DNA of 64,000 nt from an uncultured Acidimicrobiaceae bacterium (GTDB lineage: Bacteria > Actinomycetota > Acidimicrobiia > Acidimicrobiales > RAAP-2), in assembly GCA_963816405.1 (NCBI GenBank), contig CAWFKN010000002.1:45440-109439 (forward strand), given 5' to 3'. The notes beneath the pieces are model-generated. The model saw nothing but the letters and a program-made list of their open reading frames with translations, ran no database searches and had not been told where the DNA came from. Shown in pieces: positions 44,184 to 52,956 of the stretch. Position numbers and translations under genes: made by a program. Position 1 is the first letter of the stretch. Each line of letters opens with the position of its first letter.

Positions 44184-44975
44184 CGTGGCGCGACGCGCGG
44201 TGCTGCTCGGGGCCGACGCGTCGCCCGACGCGCGGTGTGCCGCTCGCAGACGACGGCGGTAGGCGACGTCGAACTCGTCGAACCGCGCGCGCAGGAGCGG
44301 ACCGGGCCAGTCCCCCGGAAGGATCTCCGCCGGGAGCAGCGGGTCGCGCTGGAGGTGCCGCAGCACCTCGGCGTCGCACTCGAAGCCCTCGGCGAGCGCG
44401 CGGGGGCCGTCGAGCGTCATGTTCTCGAGCACGCGGCACAGGTGCGTCGCACGACGTGCCCAGCCCTCGAGATCGAACGCGATCGCGGCGAGCCGGGCCG
44501 GCTCGGCCTGTGGGCGCGCGAGGAACGTCGTGGTCGCAGCCGCCGTGGGCCCGTCGAGGGCGAGCTCGAGGTTGGCCGGCCGCACCCACGTCCCGTCGCG
44601 CAGCTCGCCGAGGCGCGCCCTGCGCAGCTCGTGGCGCCGGGCGCGCCGCGTCGCGGGGGTGTCGCCGGCAGCGGTCACGACCACCACGTGCCACTCCCCC
44701 GAGAACGGTCCCGTGGCCGCCGACCTCGACACCGTGAGGCGGCCCGAGCGCTCGAGCAGCCGTCCGCCGAGGCGGTAGCGGCCCTGGCCGTCGGCGACCA
44801 CCTCCCCACGGGCAGCCATCCTCGAGAGCGCGACCCGGGCTCGGTTCTCGTTGATCCCGAAGAGCGCCGCCACGCGGACCAGCCTGCGGACCTCGAGGGT
44901 CGGCGGGGACTCGCCGAGCAGCGCGCTCGCGAGAACGCTCCTCGCCGCGAGCGGTCTCTTACGATCTTGATCCAG
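44172..44975 (-). CDS. PaaX-family transcriptional regulator (start codon uncertain)
   Basis: This is the C-terminal part of the long ORF 44172..47072. The sequence is RPLAARSVLASALLGESPPTLEVRRLVRVAALFGINENRARVALSRMAARGEV...GTWVRPANL. There is no in-frame ATG, GTG or TTG nearby. The candidates are CTG 44975 or ATC 44984. Confidence 0.7.
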   Translation of the reverse strand: MDQDRKRPLAARSVLASALLGESPPTLEVRRLVRVAALFGINENRARVALSRMAARGEVVADGQGRYRLGGRLLERSGRLTVSRSAATGPFSGEWHVVVVTAAGDTPATRRARRHELRRARLGELRDGTWVRPANLELALDGPTAAATTTFLARPQAEPARLAAIAFDLEGWARRATHLCRVLENMTLDGPRALAEGFECDAEVLRHLQRDPLLPAEILPGDWPGPLLRARFDEFDVAYRRRLRAAHRASGDASAPSSTARRATSAR

Positions 44976-45014
44976 ACGTTCGATTTCTGTAAGATAGCGG
45001 GCGTGGTGGCGACG

Positions 45015-45959
45015 ATGGTGCCGACGGAGGCCGCGCGGCCCGACGTGCTGCCGACGGACCGCCTCTCGGCGACGGGGATGGCCCTGCCCGAGCTGCGCGC
45101 GAAGTACCGCACGATCGCCGACGCGCGCAATGTCGTGAGCGTCGCTGGTCTCTGGCTCGCCACGGCGCTGATCGTCGAGCTGGGCGTGCGGGTCGGGAAC
45201 CTCTGGCTCACGCTCGCTTGCTTCGTCGCGATGGGCCCCATCCATGCACGGTTCGCGATCCTCATGCACGAGGCCGCGCACAAGCTCCTCTTCACCGCGA
45301 AGCGGTGGAACGACTGGGTCGGCACGTGGCTGCTCGCCTACCCCGCCATGGTCCCGATCTCGATCTATCGTCGCAGCCACTTCGCGCACCACCGCGAGGA
45401 GTTCGGCCCCGACGAGCCGGACATCGCCTTCTACTCGGGCTACCCCGGCCGCCCCCGCGACCTGGTCCGTCGTCTTGCGCGCGACGCCGTCGGCATCTCG
45501 GGCTACAAGAACTTCAAGGTCCTCGTGCTCGCGACCCGCTCGAAGCAGGGCCGCACCGTCGCGGTCCCGATCCTCGCGGTGCAGGTCGTCCTCTTCGCCG
45601 CGATGTGGGCGGCGACCGGCGCGTGGTGGGCCTATCCGCTCTTCTGGTGGCTGAGCTGGATGACCCAGTGGCGCGTCCTCAACCGTCTGCGCGCGATCGC
45701 CGAGCACGGCGGGATGACCCGGAGCCGCGACCGCCGCGTCACCACGCACTGCGTCCGGCAGTCCTGGATCGCCCGGCTGTGGTTCGTCCCCTACAACACG
45801 GGCTGGCACCTCGCGCACCACGTCGACATGGGCGTGCCGTGGCGCCACCTGCCCGCGTTCCACGCCGAGCTCAAGGCTGCGGGCTACGTCACCGACGAGC
45901 TCACCTACCCGAGCTACTTCGCGCTGTGGCGCGCGGCGTGCTCGGCGCGCGCCGCCTGA
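45015..45959 (+). CDS. membrane fatty-acid desaturase family protein
   Basis: The start is ATG 45015 (or GTG 45003). His boxes are HEAAHK, HFAHHRE and HLAHHVD. It is divergent from the PaaX-like gene. Confidence 0.82.
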   Translation: MVPTEAARPDVLPTDRLSATGMALPELRAKYRTIADARNVVSVAGLWLATALIVELGVRVGNLWLTLACFVAMGPIHARFAILMHEAAHKLLFTAKRWNDWVGTWLLAYPAMVPISIYRRSHFAHHREEFGPDEPDIAFYSGYPGRPRDLVRRLARDAVGISGYKNFKVLVLATRSKQGRTVAVPILAVQVVLFAAMWAATGAWWAYPLFWWLSWMTQWRVLNRLRAIAEHGGMTRSRDRRVTTHCVRQSWIARLWFVPYNTGWHLAHHVDMGVPWRHLPAFHAELKAAGYVTDELTYPSYFALWRAACSARAA

Positions 45960-46153
45960 TCCGCACGCCGAGCCAGCCGGCCATCGCGCGGGCGGATCCT
46001 CCTGTCCTGCACGCCACCTTCGCCGACCTCGGTACCACCGCTCGCGACGAGCTGGATGGGCCGAGTCAGGGCTCGGGCACCCACAGAGCTGCGACACATC
46101 GGCGCCACGGCCACACGTGAGGAGGGGCGACGAGCGGGTCAGCCGATCCGGCG

Positions 46154-46939
46154 TCAGACCGACGTCATCCCGCCGTCGACGGCGACGGCGGCACCGGTGA
46201 GACCCGACGCCAGCTCCGAGCACAGCCACGCGATGAGCGCGGCGGGCTCGGCGGGCTCGAGGAGCCGGCCGATCGGCTGGTGCGCGGCGAGCTCCTCCCC
46301 CGACGAGAGGCCGTAGAGGGCCGCGGACGCCTCCAACATGGCCGTGCGCGTCGAGCCCGGGCAGATCGCGTTGACCGTGATGCCGGTGGTCGCGAGGTCC
46401 GCGGCCATCCCCCGCACGAGGCCGACGACGGCGTGCTTGGCGGCCGTGTACGCCGAGAGGTGCAGGAGCCCGACGCTCGACGCCGCCGACGAGATCGCGA
46501 CGAGGCGACCGTGCCGGGGCGCCGGGGCCTCGAGCAGCGCGGGCACCACGGCGCTGAACAGGCGACGCACCCCGTCGAGGTTCACCGACATGACGGCCTC
46601 GAACGCGGCGTCGGAGGTCTCCCACATCGGCGTGCCGCCGGCGATCACCCCGGCCGCGGCGACGGCAGCGTCGACGCCGCCGAACTGCGCGAGTGCGGTC
46701 TCGACGGCGAGCGCCATGTCCTCGGCGCTGCGGGCGTCCCCGACGAGCCCGAGGACGCGCCCGGGGTGTCGGGCGACGACGGCGTCGAGGTCCGCCGGGG
46801 TGGCCATCGGGTAGTCGACCCCCTCGACGTCCCGGCAGCGGTCGACGGCGAGCACGTGCCAGCCGTCGGCGACCAGGGCGTCGACGGTCGCCGCTCCGAT
46901 GCCGCGTGCGGCCCCGGTCACGAGCGCGACGCGGCTCAC
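46154..46939 (-). CDS. mycofactocin-coupled-type SDR family oxidoreductase
   Basis: Intact 261 aa with ALVTGAARGIGAATV and VLAVDRC....Y.MATPADL, as in the mycofactocin-associated SDR subfamily. The GTG start overlaps the mftE stop (GTGA). Confidence 0.8.
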   Translation of the reverse strand: MSRVALVTGAARGIGAATVDALVADGWHVLAVDRCRDVEGVDYPMATPADLDAVVARHPGRVLGLVGDARSAEDMALAVETALAQFGGVDAAVAAAGVIAGGTPMWETSDAAFEAVMSVNLDGVRRLFSAVVPALLEAPAPRHGRLVAISSAASSVGLLHLSAYTAAKHAVVGLVRGMAADLATTGITVNAICPGSTRTAMLEASAALYGLSSGEELAAHQPIGRLLEPAEPAALIAWLCSELASGLTGAAVAVDGGMTSV

Positions 46940-47625
46940 GCAGCCACCGGGAAGGCCGCGCCGACGGCGTGGACCAGGTCGTCGACGAGCGCATCGAGCA
47001 CTGCGTGCCCCTCGTCGGCGGAGGCATCGGTCGGATCGCCGAGCACGCCGGTCGGCGACACCGCGGCGACACCTGAGCGGCGCAGCTCTGCGAGGAGCTC
47101 GACCAACGGTGTCACGACGCCGACCACCAGCTCATTGTGCCGTACCAGGTCCTCGGCGAGGGCGAGCACCAGCGAGGTCTCGGTCCGGCCGGCGTGCGCG
47201 TCGCCGCCCCTGACGGCGGCTGCGAAGACCAGAACGTCGTCGCCGTCGTGGCGCGCGGTGCGCTCGACGGCGGCCAGCGCGTCGCGGTTGCCACCGTGCG
47301 CCGAGACGAAGACCACCCCCCTCGTCCAGCTGCGCGCGGAGCGGACCAGCTCGGTCAGGTAGGCCGCGAGCGCGTCGGTGCCGACCGACAGCGTCCCCGC
47401 GAACCCCGCGTGCTCCCCGCTCGCCCCCACGCCGACGAGGGGTGCGACCACGACGTCGCCGCGCTGCTCGCAGAGCCGTGCACAGAGCGCGGCGGCGACC
47501 AGCGCGTCGGTCGCGAGCGGCAGGTGCGGGCCGTGCTGCTCGCACGAGCCGAGCGGCACGGCGAGGACGATCCCCCCGTCGCGCGCGCCGGCCTCGGAGC
47601 TCGTGAGCGACCCGAGGTCGCTCAC
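46936..47625 (-). CDS. mftE: mycofactocin precursor peptidase MftE (creatininase family)
   Basis: AVPLGSCEQHGPHLPLATD...GEHAGFAGTLS...FVSAHGGN. The start is set at GTG 47625, which overlaps the etfB-like stop (GTGA). Confidence 0.82.
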   Translation of the reverse strand: MSDLGSLTSSEAGARDGGIVLAVPLGSCEQHGPHLPLATDALVAAALCARLCEQRGDVVVAPLVGVGASGEHAGFAGTLSVGTDALAAYLTELVRSARSWTRGVVFVSAHGGNRDALAAVERTARHDGDDVLVFAAAVRGGDAHAGRTETSLVLALAEDLVRHNELVVGVVTPLVELLAELRRSGVAAVSPTGVLGDPTDASADEGHAVLDALVDDLVHAVGAAFPVAA

Positions 47626-48497
47626 CGCAGGCCCCAGCGCGAGAGGCGGTCGAGGATCGCCTCGGCCGCGGCATCGGGATCGCACCGCAGCAGCTCGGGA
47701 GGATCACGGTGCTGGCGGGTCCCGACGACCTCGATCGCGCGCGCGACGGCGTCGCGTGCCTGCGGCGAGGCGAGGTCGCTCGGCCGAGGCCGGAAGGGGC
47801 CGATGCGCGTCCCAGGCGGATCACCCCGGTGGTCTGCGGCGCCCGCGCCGACCCGCACGACCTCGACGCGCCGGGGCTCGCGGGCCGTGGCGAGGACCGC
47901 GGCGAGCGACGCGCGAGCCGGCACGCCGGCGGTCGACGCCACCGACAGCACGCACGGCGGGTCGACCACGATCCGCTCGCGTCGACCGCCGTCGACGCGA
48001 CGCGTCCCCTCGATCCTCCCCTCGCGCACGGTGACGTCGCGCAGCGAGAGCGCCTGGGGCACGGCGAGCTCGCCGGCGAGGAATCCCGGGACCGTCCCAG
48101 ATCCGCGGTCGCCCGACGCGTCGCCGCAGACGACGACGGACGCCGCGCCAACGAGCCCCGCGAGGGCCGACGCCACCGCGTTGCTCCCAAGCTGGTCGTC
48201 GGGGCCGCCGCCGACGGCCTGGTCGGCGCCGACCGCGAGGCGCACCGCGCGCGCCGCGCCCTCTGCGAGCACGCCGGCCAGCACGCTGTCGGCGCTCGGA
48301 GCTGCGACCGAGAGGACGCCGAAGGCCGTCCCGAGCTCGGCGGCAACCACGGCGCCCACCGCGCACGCCGCGGCATCGGCGGGCGTGCGGACGAGGTGCC
48401 GGATGTCGCAGTGCACCGCACCCGTCAGCCAGTCCACCTCGAGCACCGGTGCGACGGGCTTGATCGCGACCCAGACGCCGACGTCGATGTCAGCCAC
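47622..48497 (-). CDS. etfB: electron transfer flavoprotein beta-subunit-like protein
   Basis: Intact 291 aa with an EtfB-like layout (VAIKPV..., VVVCGDASGDRGSGTVPGFLAGELAVPQ, RRVDGGRRERI). The GTG start overlaps fixX by 8 nt. Confidence 0.72.
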   Translation of the reverse strand: MADIDVGVWVAIKPVAPVLEVDWLTGAVHCDIRHLVRTPADAAACAVGAVVAAELGTAFGVLSVAAPSADSVLAGVLAEGAARAVRLAVGADQAVGGGPDDQLGSNAVASALAGLVGAASVVVCGDASGDRGSGTVPGFLAGELAVPQALSLRDVTVREGRIEGTRRVDGGRRERIVVDPPCVLSVASTAGVPARASLAAVLATAREPRRVEVVRVGAGAADHRGDPPGTRIGPFRPRPSDLASPQARDAVARAIEVVGTRQHRDPPELLRCDPDAAAEAILDRLSRWGLR

Positions 48498-48789
48498 GCC
48501 GGACGATCACCCCCTTGCCGCCCTCCGGGTAGCGCCAGGTGATCGCCCCGCCCTCGTCACAGGCGAGGTAGCACGAGCCGCATTCGAAGCACTGCTCGTA
48601 GTTGAAGAGCACGCCACCTGAGGAGAGCTCGACGAACAGGCCGGCGGGGCACACCGACACGCACGCCCTCGTCGTGCACCCCTCGCACGCGTCACCGTCG
48701 ACGACGATGTGGGCGCTGGCGGCGACGTCGAACGTCGCGGTCGCCATGCGGTCCTCGAAGTCGATCGCGTCGTAGCGGTCCTGGTTCAT
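48490..48789 (-). CDS. fixX: FixX-type ferredoxin-like protein
   Basis: 99 aa from ATG 48789, with CEGCTTRACVSVCPAG...CFECGSCYLAC. There is an ATGA overlap with the fixC stop. Confidence 0.85.
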   Translation of the reverse strand: MNQDRYDAIDFEDRMATATFDVAASAHIVVDGDACEGCTTRACVSVCPAGLFVELSSGGVLFNYEQCFECGSCYLACDEGGAITWRYPEGGKGVIVRRG

Positions 48790-50084
48790 CGGAACAGCCT
48801 CGCGGTGGCGAGGAGGTTCGCGAGCAGCGGGCGCAGCCGGACCTTGCGGGCGCGGAGGGTGACGCGGAGCGTCCGCAGCAGCCCGGGCTTGGGGCGGGGG
48901 TTGACGACGGTGAAGAACGACTCGGCGACGTCGCAGACGAGCCCAGGCTGCACGGACTGGGCGAACTCCGAGAACACCACGTCCGGTGCGCGTCGGAGGC
49001 GGCGATGGTCCTTCAGCACGAAGCCCTCCTCGAGGAGCCCGCGGTAGTGCTCGTGGGCGCCACCGACGCCGCCGGGCCGACCACGAGCGAGCACCGCGGC
49101 GCGGGCCGCGGCCTGGCCGGCCGCCATCGCGAAGTTCACGCCCTCGAGCCACACCCCGGCGGCGAGCGTCATCGACGCGGCGTCCCCGGCGACGACGATG
49201 CCGGGCGCCCCGAGCGTCGGCATCGCGTCGTAGCCGCCCTCGGGGATGAGGTGCGCGGCGTACTCGACGAGCGAGGCACCCCGCACGAGCGGCTCGATCG
49301 AGGGATGCGCCTTGAGGTCAGCGAGGACCTCCTCGGGCCGGCGCCTCGCCTCGGCCAGGTCGTCGAGCTTGAGCACGCAGCCGATCGCGAGCGTGTCGAG
49401 GTTCGTGTAGAGGAACCCGCCGCCCCGGATCGCACCGGTCGCACCGAGCATCTCGATGTCGCAGCCCTCTGTCCCTGAGAGGCCGAACCTCGACTCGAGC
49501 TCTCCGCGGTCGAGCGCCAGCACCTCTTTCACCCCGAGCGTCATGTGGTGGCGCGAGAACGACGGGTAGAGCCCGGCCTCGCGCGCAAGGAACGAGTTGA
49601 CGCCGTCGCAGGCGACGACGAGGCCGCACTCGAGCGCGCCGTCGGGTCGGTCCGTCGTGACGCCCGCCACGCGACCCGCGTCGCGCAGGAGCCCTGTGAC
49701 CGTCGTCGAGGTGACGAGCGTCGCGCCCGCCGCGACCGCCTCGTCGGCGAGCCACTGGTCGAACGCCGAGCGGTAGGCGGTCACCCCGTTGTACGGGGGC
49801 TCGCCCCATGCCCTCGCGCGCACGTCCACGCTCACGGACTGCGTCGGCGTCATGAGCATCGTCGAGCGCCGCGTCACGAACCGCTGGATCGGTGCGCGCT
49901 CCCACCAGCGCGGCAGCACCGAGTCGAGCACCCTCGGGTAGATCACGCCGCCGTAGACGTTCTTCGAGCCCGGGAACGGCCCGCGCTCGACGAGGCACGT
50001 GGCGACGCCCGCCCTCGCGAGCTCGAGCGCGGCGATCGACCCCGCGGGACCGGCACCGACCACCACGACGTCGAACGTCGTCAT
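48786..50084 (-). CDS. fixC: FixC-type FAD-dependent oxidoreductase (ETF-quinone oxidoreductase-like)
   Basis: 432 aa from ATG 50084, starting MTTFDVVVVGAGPAGSIAALELA...KNVYGGVIY. There is an ATGA overlap with the etfA stop. Confidence 0.85.
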   Translation of the reverse strand: MTTFDVVVVGAGPAGSIAALELARAGVATCLVERGPFPGSKNVYGGVIYPRVLDSVLPRWWERAPIQRFVTRRSTMLMTPTQSVSVDVRARAWGEPPYNGVTAYRSAFDQWLADEAVAAGATLVTSTTVTGLLRDAGRVAGVTTDRPDGALECGLVVACDGVNSFLAREAGLYPSFSRHHMTLGVKEVLALDRGELESRFGLSGTEGCDIEMLGATGAIRGGGFLYTNLDTLAIGCVLKLDDLAEARRRPEEVLADLKAHPSIEPLVRGASLVEYAAHLIPEGGYDAMPTLGAPGIVVAGDAASMTLAAGVWLEGVNFAMAAGQAAARAAVLARGRPGGVGGAHEHYRGLLEEGFVLKDHRRLRRAPDVVFSEFAQSVQPGLVCDVAESFFTVVNPRPKPGLLRTLRVTLRARKVRLRPLLANLLATARLFR

Positions 50085-50998
50085 GGCGCCGCCTCGCCCA
50101 GCCGCCGGACGAGGGCGTCGAGCGTCCCGGCCGCGTCGGCGACGACCGCGAGGTCGGCCATCGCCATCATCGGGCACGCCGCGTCGGTGTTCACCGCGAC
50201 GATCCGTCGTGGCGCACCGAGTCCCGCGGTGTGCTGGACCGCCCCAGAGATGCCGAACGCGAGGTAGAGGGTGGGATCCACGGCGACGCCGGTCGTCCCG
50301 ATCTGTCGCTCGTGGCCGACGATGCCGCGGTCGGCGACCGGCCGCGTCGCGCCGAGTGAGGCGCCGAGCGCGGTGGCGACCTCGCCGAGCACGGCGAACT
50401 CGTCCGCGCCGCCGAGCCCCACCCCGCCCGCGACGATGCGGTCGGCGTCGGCGAGGTCGAGCTCGCCGGGGTCGGCATCTTCGACCGCGACCACGTCGGC
50501 GTCCCGCAGGGAGCCGGAGCGGTCCGGCGCGCGGTCCACCGTGCGGACTTCTGCGACCGCGTCGCCGACGACGTGGCCCGGCGGGGACGCGAACGGGAGC
50601 AGCGTGGCGACGAAGGCATGGCTGACGGGCACCGTGACCGACGCCGCCCCGTCGTGGCGCGTCATCACCACCTCGTCGGGAGCGACCGCCGTGCACCCTG
50701 CGAAGCACGGCCGCGACATCGCGTGCGCGAGCCGGGCGAGGAGGTCGCGGCCGTCGGGCGCACCGGGCAGCACGACGTGCGGCTCGTCGACGAGCAGCGC
50801 CGCGAGGCCCTCTGCCCAACGTGCCGGTGCGAAGGGCCCGGCCTCCCAGGCGGTCGCCTCGAGCACCGGGGTGCGGATCGACGCCACGGCGGCCCTCGTG
50901 CCCTCGCCGACCACGAGCACGCGACCGGCGCACTCGCGCACCACGGCGTCCGCGCCCGCGGGGAGTCGACCGTCACGCACGGGGACGACCGCGATCAC
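50081..50998 (-). CDS. etfA: electron transfer flavoprotein alpha-subunit-like protein
   Basis: Intact 305 aa. The C-terminal FAD domain reads GATRPVADRGIVGHERQIGTTGVAVDPTLYLAFGISGAVQH. The GTG start overlaps the upstream stop (GTGA). Confidence 0.85.
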   Translation of the reverse strand: MIAVVPVRDGRLPAGADAVVRECAGRVLVVGEGTRAAVASIRTPVLEATAWEAGPFAPARWAEGLAALLVDEPHVVLPGAPDGRDLLARLAHAMSRPCFAGCTAVAPDEVVMTRHDGAASVTVPVSHAFVATLLPFASPPGHVVGDAVAEVRTVDRAPDRSGSLRDADVVAVEDADPGELDLADADRIVAGGVGLGGADEFAVLGEVATALGASLGATRPVADRGIVGHERQIGTTGVAVDPTLYLAFGISGAVQHTAGLGAPRRIVAVNTDAACPMMAMADLAVVADAAGTLDALVRRLGEAAP

Positions 50999-52956
50999 AG
51001 GCTCCTCCCGACGCGCTCGCCATCGAGCACCGCGGCGTGCGCCCGTCGCGGTGCGCGCGCGTCACCGATCACGTGCACGGCGTGCCCCGCGGCTCGCAGC
51101 GAGCCGGCGAGCGTGTCCTCGGGCAGCGCGGGCAGCGCGAGGACGACGCAGTCGACGCTGCGGGCGCCCGCCTCGCCCGTGAGGAGGTGCTGGGTCGCGA
51201 CACCACCTGGCACGAGTGCGGTGACCATCGTCGACGTCGTCTGGACGATGCCCTTGTCGCGCGCCCGCACGCAGAACTGCTCCAGGTCGAGCGTCACGCC
51301 GAGATCCTGTCCGACGACGAGCGCGGGGCTCGCGATCTCGACGCGGTGCCCCCGATCGGCGAGGAGCTCCGCGACCGAGGTCCCCTGGTGGAAGCCCAGC
51401 TCGTCGACCACGAGCACGTCGGCGCCCGGGACCTCGGCACCCCGCAGGACGTCAGTCACGTCGAGGAGCACGGGTGCGCCCTCGGGCCGGTCCCCTGCCC
51501 ACCATGGGGCGGCCGGCCGCGACCCGGTGGCGACGACGACGACCTCGGCGGCGTACGACTCGACGGCGGCCAGGTCGGCGGCGACGCCGGTCGCGACCTC
51601 GACCCCGAGCACGCGGAGCTCCCCCGCGAGGTTGCGGACGAGGTCACCGAACTCGGCGCGTCCGGGCACCCGCGCGGCGAGGGCGACCTGCCCTCCGACC
51701 TCGTCGTCGCGCTCGAGCACCACGACCTCGTGGCCACGCGACGCCGCGGTCACCGCGACCTGGAGCCCTGCCGGCCCCGCGCCGACGACCACCACCCTGC
51801 GACGTCGCGTCGGCGCGGCCACGGCGGCCTGCGCCTCCCTGCCGGAGCGCGGGCTCTCGATGCACCCGAGCCACCGGTTGAGTCCCATCCGACCGACGCA
51901 CTCCTGGTTGCACGACAGGCACAGCCGGATGGCCTCTCCGTGCCCCGACCGCGCCTTGCGCGCGAAGTCGGCGTCGGCAATCTGGCCGCGGACGATGCCG
52001 ACCAGGTCGCAGTGGCCCTCGGTCAGCGCTCGGTCCGCCTGGATGGGGTCCTTGAACCGCCCGACGCCGATCACCGGGAGCGCCACACGTCGGCGGATGG
52101 CCGCGGGGATGTACAGCGCGTACCCGGGCCGCACGGCCATCGACGCCTCGATCGCGAACAGGGACGCCGTCGCGGTGCCGATCGACGTGTTGAGGTAGTC
52201 GACGGCACCGGTCGTCTCGACCATCGCCGCGACCTCGACGGCCTCGTCGATCGTCGTCCCGTCCTCGATGAGCTCGTCGCCGCACAGCCGCACGCCGAGC
52301 GCGCGGTCCGGTCCGATCGCCGTGCGCACCTCGGTGACGAGCGTGAGGAGGAGGCGCGCGCGATTCGCCAGCGTCCCGCCCCACTCGTCGTCACGATGGT
52401 TCGTCGCCCCCGACAGGAACGCGCGGACGATCGAGGAGTGCGAGCACTGCAGCTCGACGCCGTCGAAGCCCCCCTCGACGCAGCGCGCGGCCACGTCCAC
52501 GTAGCCCTCGACGATCGCGCGCAGCTCCCGCTCGTCCACCGCCTTCGGGACCTCGCGGAACAGCGGGTCCGGGACCGCCGACGGCGCCCAGACCGCCAGC
52601 CGCGAGTACATGGACGACGCCTGGCCGCCGTTGTGGTTCAGCTGGGCAAGGATCGGCGTGCCGTGGGCGTGCACTGCGTCGGTAATGCGTCGGTACCCGG
52701 GGAGCACCTTCGGACTGAAGCCGTGGATGAGCTTCTCGTAGGGCCAGTCCGTCGGGTGCGTCGAGTGCTCCTCGGTGATGATGAGCCCCGCGCCGCCGCG
52801 CGCGCGGGCTGCGTAGTACGCCGCATGCTGGGCCGAGGGCAGCCCGCGCTCCGCGTAGTTGGTCAGGTGCGCCGAGAAGACGATCCGGTTCGTGAGGTGC
52901 AGCGGGCCGAGCGAGATCGGGGTGAACAGCAGCTCGTGGCGGTGCGGCCTCGTCAT
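50995..52956 (-). CDS. FadH/OYE-family flavoenzyme (OYE TIM barrel + 4Fe-4S + FAD/NAD(P) domain), mycofactocin-system type
   Basis: Intact 653 aa with an OYE-like N-terminus (NRIVFSAHLTN), the Cys cluster CLSCNQECVGR...C and VVVVGAGPAGLQVA. There is an ATGA overlap with the upstream paralogue. Confidence 0.82.
   Translation of the reverse strand: MTRPHRHELLFTPISLGPLHLTNRIVFSAHLTNYAERGLPSAQHAAYYAARARGGAGLIITEEHSTHPTDWPYEKLIHGFSPKVLPGYRRITDAVHAHGTPILAQLNHNGGQASSMYSRLAVWAPSAVPDPLFREVPKAVDERELRAIVEGYVDVAARCVEGGFDGVELQCSHSSIVRAFLSGATNHRDDEWGGTLANRARLLLTLVTEVRTAIGPDRALGVRLCGDELIEDGTTIDEAVEVAAMVETTGAVDYLNTSIGTATASLFAIEASMAVRPGYALYIPAAIRRRVALPVIGVGRFKDPIQADRALTEGHCDLVGIVRGQIADADFARKARSGHGEAIRLCLSCNQECVGRMGLNRWLGCIESPRSGREAQAAVAAPTRRRRVVVVGAGPAGLQVAVTAASRGHEVVVLERDDEVGGQVALAARVPGRAEFGDLVRNLAGELRVLGVEVATGVAADLAAVESYAAEVVVVATGSRPAAPWWAGDRPEGAPVLLDVTDVLRGAEVPGADVLVVDELGFHQGTSVAELLADRGHRVEIASPALVVGQDLGVTLDLEQFCVRARDKGIVQTTSTMVTALVPGGVATQHLLTGEAGARSVDCVVLALPALPEDTLAGSLRAAGHAVHVIGDARAPRRAHAAVLDGERVGRSL

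Noticed and set aside
44960-45000. A PaaX operator-like inverted repeat in the AT-richer paaX/desaturase spacer (cttac...gtaag).
   Set aside because: Only 5 bp of complementarity is present, and there is no match to the E. coli PaaX box that I can verify. I mention it only as a promoter-region hint.
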